Program-made: the position numbers and the translations under genes | In this document: positions 62,188-64,000 of the stretch, piece by piece | How the letters are laid out: every line of letters starts with the position of its first letter | Position numbering within the stretch: the first letter of the stretch is position 1 | NCBI GenBank assembly: GCA_963750165.1 | Contig: CAVVPN010000004.1 | Location: forward strand, 544,001-608,000 | Origin: an uncultured Gemmataceae bacterium | GTDB lineage: Bacteria; Planctomycetota; Planctomycetia; Gemmatales; Gemmataceae | Direction: 5' to 3' | DNA length: 64,000 nt | Notes under the pieces: model-generated | What the model saw: only the letters and a program-made list of their open reading frames with translations | What the model was told of the DNA's origin: nothing | The model's database searches: none

Positions 62188-63594
62188 TCACGGGGGCGAG
62201 GTGGGCAGGATTTCTTCGTATTCGGAGCTGTCCTCGTGCTCACCAACGCGCGCCGGCACAATGACGAGGTCATCGTTCATTTCGCCGCGCGTGAACAGCT
62301 TGCGGAACTTGGTGATGAACAGCCCCGCCTGCACGTGGCCGGTCAACTCCTGCAGCCGGCGCACGTCCTCATCGGGGGCGTGCCGCACCAGGAAGCCGAT
62401 GGGCCGGTCCTTGTGGGCCTTGTTGAGCCGTGCCTGGATCACCTTGATGACGGCCTGGGCGCGCTTCGCAGCGCGCATGTCGGCTTTGGTGAAGCCCTCA
62501 TCGACATTCGGAACGCGCTCCGAATAGGGGGCGTCGCCGCGCAGCACCTTGACGTCGGTGTCGGTCAGCCGACGCGCCCATTCCATCGTGGTCATGACGT
62601 GGCCCTGCTTGTTCGGCTGGGGCCGCTGGCCGGCGATGAAGGTGAAGCCGAGGTCCTGGCCGCGCTTGAGCAGCTGGGGCGTCTGTTGTGCGATGGCCTT
62701 GAGCCAGTCGGCGCCCTTGCCGGGCAGGCCGCCGGGCGTGCAACCGCTGGCCGCTTGCAACATCGGCACCCACTGATACTGGTAAGACATGTCGCCCTGG
62801 AGATCGACCTTGAACGGCGCCTGCACGTAGAACAGCGCCTCGGTCTTGTCCTTGACGGAAATCTGCGTGATCTTCAGCGGATAAACCAGCTTATCCGAGG
62901 CGAACTGGAAGCGCGTCGGCGTCACTTCTCCCGCATAGCTGCCGTCCTTGTTCTTCTTCATCTGCATGGTGTCGATCTTCATGACCGTGAACACCCACTT
63001 CTTCTGCACGTAATGGTTCAGCGTCGCCTCGTCGCCGGCGTAGCTGTACTTGTGCGCCTTCAGCCACGCGAACAGCGCATCCGCCCGGTTGGCCTCGATG
63101 ATCTTGTAATCCAGGGAGCCGACCACGCCGGTCTCCAGCACCACCACCGCGGGCCGGGGCGGCGCTTCCTTGCTCGGCTCACCTTTGTCGTCCTTGGCGG
63201 GGCTCTTTGCGGACTTCTCGTTTCGCTCCTGGAGACGGCGATTCAGCCAGAGCAGTTTCGATTGCGGGAACTCGCGCCGCTTCATGATCGAGTACACCGC
63301 GAGGTGCTTGAAGAAGTCGCGCGGCATCTCGTGCAACTTCGGCTGCGTCGGCGTCGGGATGACCATGCCGAAGTCCAGGGCGTTGCCCTCGAACTTGGGC
63401 TGCACCGTGAAGCTCTCCAGCTTCTTGGCCGGGTCCCAGGTGATGAACACCTTCTGCGCCGGCTGCAGGATGTCCGCGTTCTGCGCCGAGAAGTAGCAGC
63501 ACGCCGCGTCCGCCGTCGAGGGCAGAGCCAGGCCCAGGACCACCGCCACCGCCAGCAGCCAGCGTCGGCCGCCACGGGTCGTGTCACACCGCAT
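62188..63594 (-). CDS. Secreted DUF2330-like protein, copy D
   Basis: As above; AAGGGAG RBS; first gene of the array in transcription order. Confidence 0.8.
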   Translation of the reverse strand: MRCDTTRGGRRWLLAVAVVLGLALPSTADAACCYFSAQNADILQPAQKVFITWDPAKKLESFTVQPKFEGNALDFGMVIPTPTQPKLHEMPRDFFKHLAVYSIMKRREFPQSKLLWLNRRLQERNEKSAKSPAKDDKGEPSKEAPPRPAVVVLETGVVGSLDYKIIEANRADALFAWLKAHKYSYAGDEATLNHYVQKKWVFTVMKIDTMQMKKNKDGSYAGEVTPTRFQFASDKLVYPLKITQISVKDKTEALFYVQAPFKVDLQGDMSYQYQWVPMLQAASGCTPGGLPGKGADWLKAIAQQTPQLLKRGQDLGFTFIAGQRPQPNKQGHVMTTMEWARRLTDTDVKVLRGDAPYSERVPNVDEGFTKADMRAAKRAQAVIKVIQARLNKAHKDRPIGFLVRHAPDEDVRRLQELTGHVQAGLFITKFRKLFTRGEMNDDLVIVPARVGEHEDSSEYEEILPTSPP

Positions 63595-63696
63595 CGTGGG
63601 CTCCCTTGTGAGTGAAGGATTGTTCAGAAGTTTCTCTGATGGTAACCCAGGTATCCCTAAGACGAAAGATAGTTCCCCCTGGATTGCCGGATTCGC

Positions 63697-64000
63697 TCAG
63701 AACTCCGCGTTGCCCGGCGTGCGCGGGAACGGAATCACGTCGCGAATGTTGCCCAGTCCCGTCAGGAACAGCAGCGTCCGCTCCAGCCCCAGCCCGAACC
63801 CGGCGTGCGGCACCGTGCCGTACTTGCGCAAGTCCAGATACCACCAGTACGCCTCCGGGTCGAGCTTCTGCTCGCGCATCCGCTGCTCCAGCACGTCCAG
63901 CCGCTCCTCACGCTGACTGCCGCCGATGATCTCGCCCACCCCCGGCACCAGCACGTCCATCGCCCGCACCGTCTTGCCGTCGTCGTTCACGCGCATGTAG
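63697..64000 (-). CDS. asnS: Asparaginyl-tRNA synthetase (3' part)
   Basis: [62 protein letters not shown]. Confidence 0.95.
   Translation of the reverse strand, partial: YMRVNDDGKTVRAMDVLVPGVGEIIGGSQREERLDVLEQRMREQKLDPEAYWWYLDLRKYGTVPHAGFGLGLERTLLFLTGLGNIRDVIPFPRTPGNAEF

Noticed and set aside
57730..63594. Diversity-generating retroelement behind the variable segments
   Set aside because: No reverse transcriptase in the window; the segments differ throughout and in length rather than only at adenines; no template repeat

Overview
GC-rich bacterial chromosomal DNA that looks like Planctomycetota, probably Gemmataceae. This is inferred from a DUF1559 prepilin-like gene, a DUF1549/DUF1553 gene, an ECF sigma factor paired with a Ser/Thr-TPR kinase, and HEAT, LRR and PQQ-propeller proteins. 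Housekeeping genes (cobU-cobT, fur-like, rpmE-prfA-prmC, cysH, wcaJ-like, lysA, an RpoD-family sigma factor, rsmE, hemB, asnS) are interleaved with accessory DNA. Main points: (1) a head-to-tail array of four near-identical secreted DUF2330-like genes that differ mainly in one 31-33 aa internal segment and show patchwork exchange; (2) three tandem secreted proteins made only of secretin N-terminal domains; (3) orphan C-terminal gene fragments and a VapBC-like pair with a nonsense-disrupted toxin downstream of the TPR kinase; (4) many intergenic palindrome families, including a three-level nest (GTAG REP doublet inside a 153-bp MITE with a TTA duplication, inside a 206-bp palindromic element whose empty version is also in the window); (5) several single-base frameshifts, five in the same G-run/GCGC context, most likely systematic sequencing errors. 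No rRNA, tRNA, CRISPR array, transposase or integrase was recognised. All family assignments are by eye from motifs; no database search was run.
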